A DNA stretch of 64,000 nucleotides from Vezdaea acicularis (lineage: Eukaryota). Below the pieces are notes generated by a model. The model saw nothing but the letters and a program-made list of their open reading frames with translations, ran no database searches and was not told where the DNA came from. The position numbers and the translations under genes are program-made. The stretch is taken from assembly GCA_026025075.1 (NCBI GenBank), contig JAPEUI010000086.1, positions 1 to 64,000 on the forward strand, written 5' to 3'. Positions 62,155 to 64,000 of this stretch are shown piece by piece. Within the stretch, counting starts at the first letter, position 1. Each line of letters starts with the position of its first letter.

Positions 62155-62779
62155 AGTGTAGGGTACCATCGGAGATGTGTATATTTACTGTAGTTAAGGC
62201 TTGTTTTACGCATCACATCATATCATCAGATGAACAGAGCATGCGTTGGAAGAAGATTCGACCAAATCCCATTGCTCCCTAACGGAGTACCCACATTCAC
62301 TCCCCCATCACCCAATGGGCGATGCCTTGCAGCAGCAAAGCGGTATACGTGCCTGATTGGAGGAACACACAGAGATTCAAACATGATCGAAATATGGGGC
62401 ACACAGGAAAGGAAACAGCCGGCGCAGTATCGCAAGAACCCCCTCAAGTGAGACAATCAAGGAAAAGATGGATTCCAAATCTCGCAACCCTCTCCTCCCG
62501 CAGTGATCATTTCTGCTACAGATGAACTCGGCCACGACGTGTCGGTCTTTATTCTAGGCAAAGGAAGTTTGTGCGAAGGTACTCATACGCCACCCGCCTG
62601 TGCCCGAATGGTGTCCAAAGGTGATCCCATATGCGTGTGAAAACGATTGGTGCTTGCGTGAATGTGTGAGTATGGAAGGAAAGAGATTGAGGTGTGGAGT
62701 GGAGGGGCGGTGTCAAAAAGGATTTGGAAGTGGATTGTTTTTATGTTGGGACGAAGTGAATAGGCCTTGACAGCAAGTC

Positions 62780-64000
62780 CTACCTTCTTCGATGAGGTTC
62801 CCCTTTATCTTTCGGCGCTGCAGATTGCTCCTTGACGCTGAACTCGCTTAGAAGGGGCAAGTGGTCGGATGGAAAATGATAATTCGGAAAGCCTGGCACT
62901 CGCTGGAGGTATTCTTGATCTAGCTCGCCCAGTAGTCCAATTACTTCTAGTGCATTCGCCGAGTACCAAATATAGTCAATCACAGCAGTGAAGCCTGGAG
63001 TGTAATTTGTAAAGCTGAGCTCGCCGATATGCGAATATGCAGACTTGAGAGAGAAAGGATGAGCCATGCCCTCTCGAGTAAATTTGCCATATGTGCGATT
63101 CGCTATATCAGTGTGATTTTTCTCCAAAGCACCATTCGCGAGAAGGATGTACGCCCCTGAATCTGAGTCCGGTGTTGAATTGAAGTCGCCACATAAAACG
63201 AGTGGAATGTCGGGCCCATTCGCATATGCCATGGACGGTTTAGGTTCCGGGGGAGGCTTTTGCGACGATTCTGGATCGGAATTATCGTTTGCTTCGGAGT
63301 GTCGGAATGCTGCTTTATCCGTGCACGGTGGCCATTTTGCATAACCCTCTGCCAGCTTGGCGATTCGTTCCATTAGAATAGCAACCTGCACGACCTTGAC
63401 GTCTGTGAATGCTGGATCCCAAAATACATGTGCGTTGACAATTATTATTCTAGATCCAGTTTGTCGATTCTCAAAGAAGGTGATGAGTGCAACGTTGTCC
63501 TTCGACCCTACACGGTTAAATATGTCGTGCTCGCCCTTCATATCCGGTCTATTTATGGCAATATTCGCAAAATCGACTACCTGCTTGTCAAGGAGGATAT
63601 ATTTATTGCCCTTGTAGAAGGTAGCGCAACCGTCGACGAGTTTTGCTTCATGCTCGTGCATGGTCCTAGCGCGACCTTTCGACTGGAATGATCCTTTGTA
63701 GTCATTGTAGGCGAGTTCTGGCCGGAAACATTCATTGAAGCTTTGAGCATCAACTTCCTGGAGGCATACTATGTCGGCATTGTGAGCGCGCACCTCATTG
63801 AGGATGAGGTCTTTCCGATAGTCCCACTGCAGCGCATGTGATGGAGTATAGCCATATTGCGCCCTGGTCGCGTATTTGTCGCAGAGAATATTGTAGTCAA
63901 GGACAGTGAAGCGCTCTTCTTCCAGGTCGGGTGTTGAGTTGAGTACAATCCAGTCACGTTGCGAAGGAGGCATAGGGACTAGAGAGAACGAGTCAGCAGT
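62780..64000 (-). CDS. CCR4: CCR4-NOT deadenylase Ccr4, 3' part (EEP nuclease domain); 5' end lies outside the window
   Basis: YNILCDKYAT..YGYTPS, ADIVCLQEV, DGCATFY, CGDFNS, FTNYTPGF..VIDYIWY and PSDHLPL. Confidence 0.96.
   Translation of the reverse strand, partial: TADSFSLVPMPPSQRDWIVLNSTPDLEEERFTVLDYNILCDKYATRAQYGYTPSHALQWDYRKDLILNEVRAHNADIVCLQEVDAQSFNECFRPELAYNDYKGSFQSKGRARTMHEHEAKLVDGCATFYKGNKYILLDKQVVDFANIAINRPDMKGEHDIFNRVGSKDNVALITFFENRQTGSRIIIVNAHVFWDPAFTDVKVVQVAILMERIAKLAEGYAKWPPCTDKAAFRHSEANDNSDPESSQKPPPEPKPSMAYANGPDIPLVLCGDFNSTPDSDSGAYILLANGALEKNHTDIANRTYGKFTREGMAHPFSLKSAYSHIGELSFTNYTPGFTAVIDYIWYSANALEVIGLLGELDQEYLQRVPGFPNYHFPSDHLPLLSEFSVKEQSAAPKDKGEPHRRR

Noticed and set aside
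1..64000. Transposons, RIP-degraded repeats, CRISPR arrays, rRNA/5S, TPP riboswitch, TGA-CTA peroxisomal readthrough
   Set aside because: No transposase/RT ORFs, terminal repeats, AT-rich blocks, spacer arrays, aptamer motifs or readthrough stop contexts were seen.

Overview
Gene-dense chromosomal segment of a filamentous ascomycete (Pezizomycotina-type). The evidence is short 45-105 nt spliceosomal introns with CTRAY branch sites, roughly 50% GC and the standard genetic code. I reconstructed about 23 protein-coding genes by hand from splice signals and frame continuity. Recognisable genes: PHO85/PhoA CDK, a large IDR + methyltransferase-fold protein, an alpha/beta-hydrolase, THO1/SARNP, a C2H2 zinc-finger factor, an NmrA-like protein, HEATR5/LAA1, the GDP-mannose transporter VRG4, phosducin-like PLP1, ADI1, an SDR, SMI1/KNR4, the calpain PalB/RIM13, peroxisomal ANT1, an EF-hand myosin-light-chain-like protein, an ASPM-like CH/IQ protein, an F-box/LRR protein, NCBP3, a LisH-WD40 protein and the 3' part of CCR4. 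Several orphan ORFs are also present. I found no tRNA, rRNA, transposon, CRISPR or secondary-metabolite cluster. The most unusual signal is the C2H2 factor. Its frame is open for 146 codons before the first AUG, about 580 nt contain no ATG in any frame, and an in-frame CUG sits in ideal context (CAAA-CTG-GC). A leader intron with two possible 3' splice sites could include or remove a uORF. This points to non-AUG initiation under splicing/uORF control. All homology calls come from motif recognition, not database searches.
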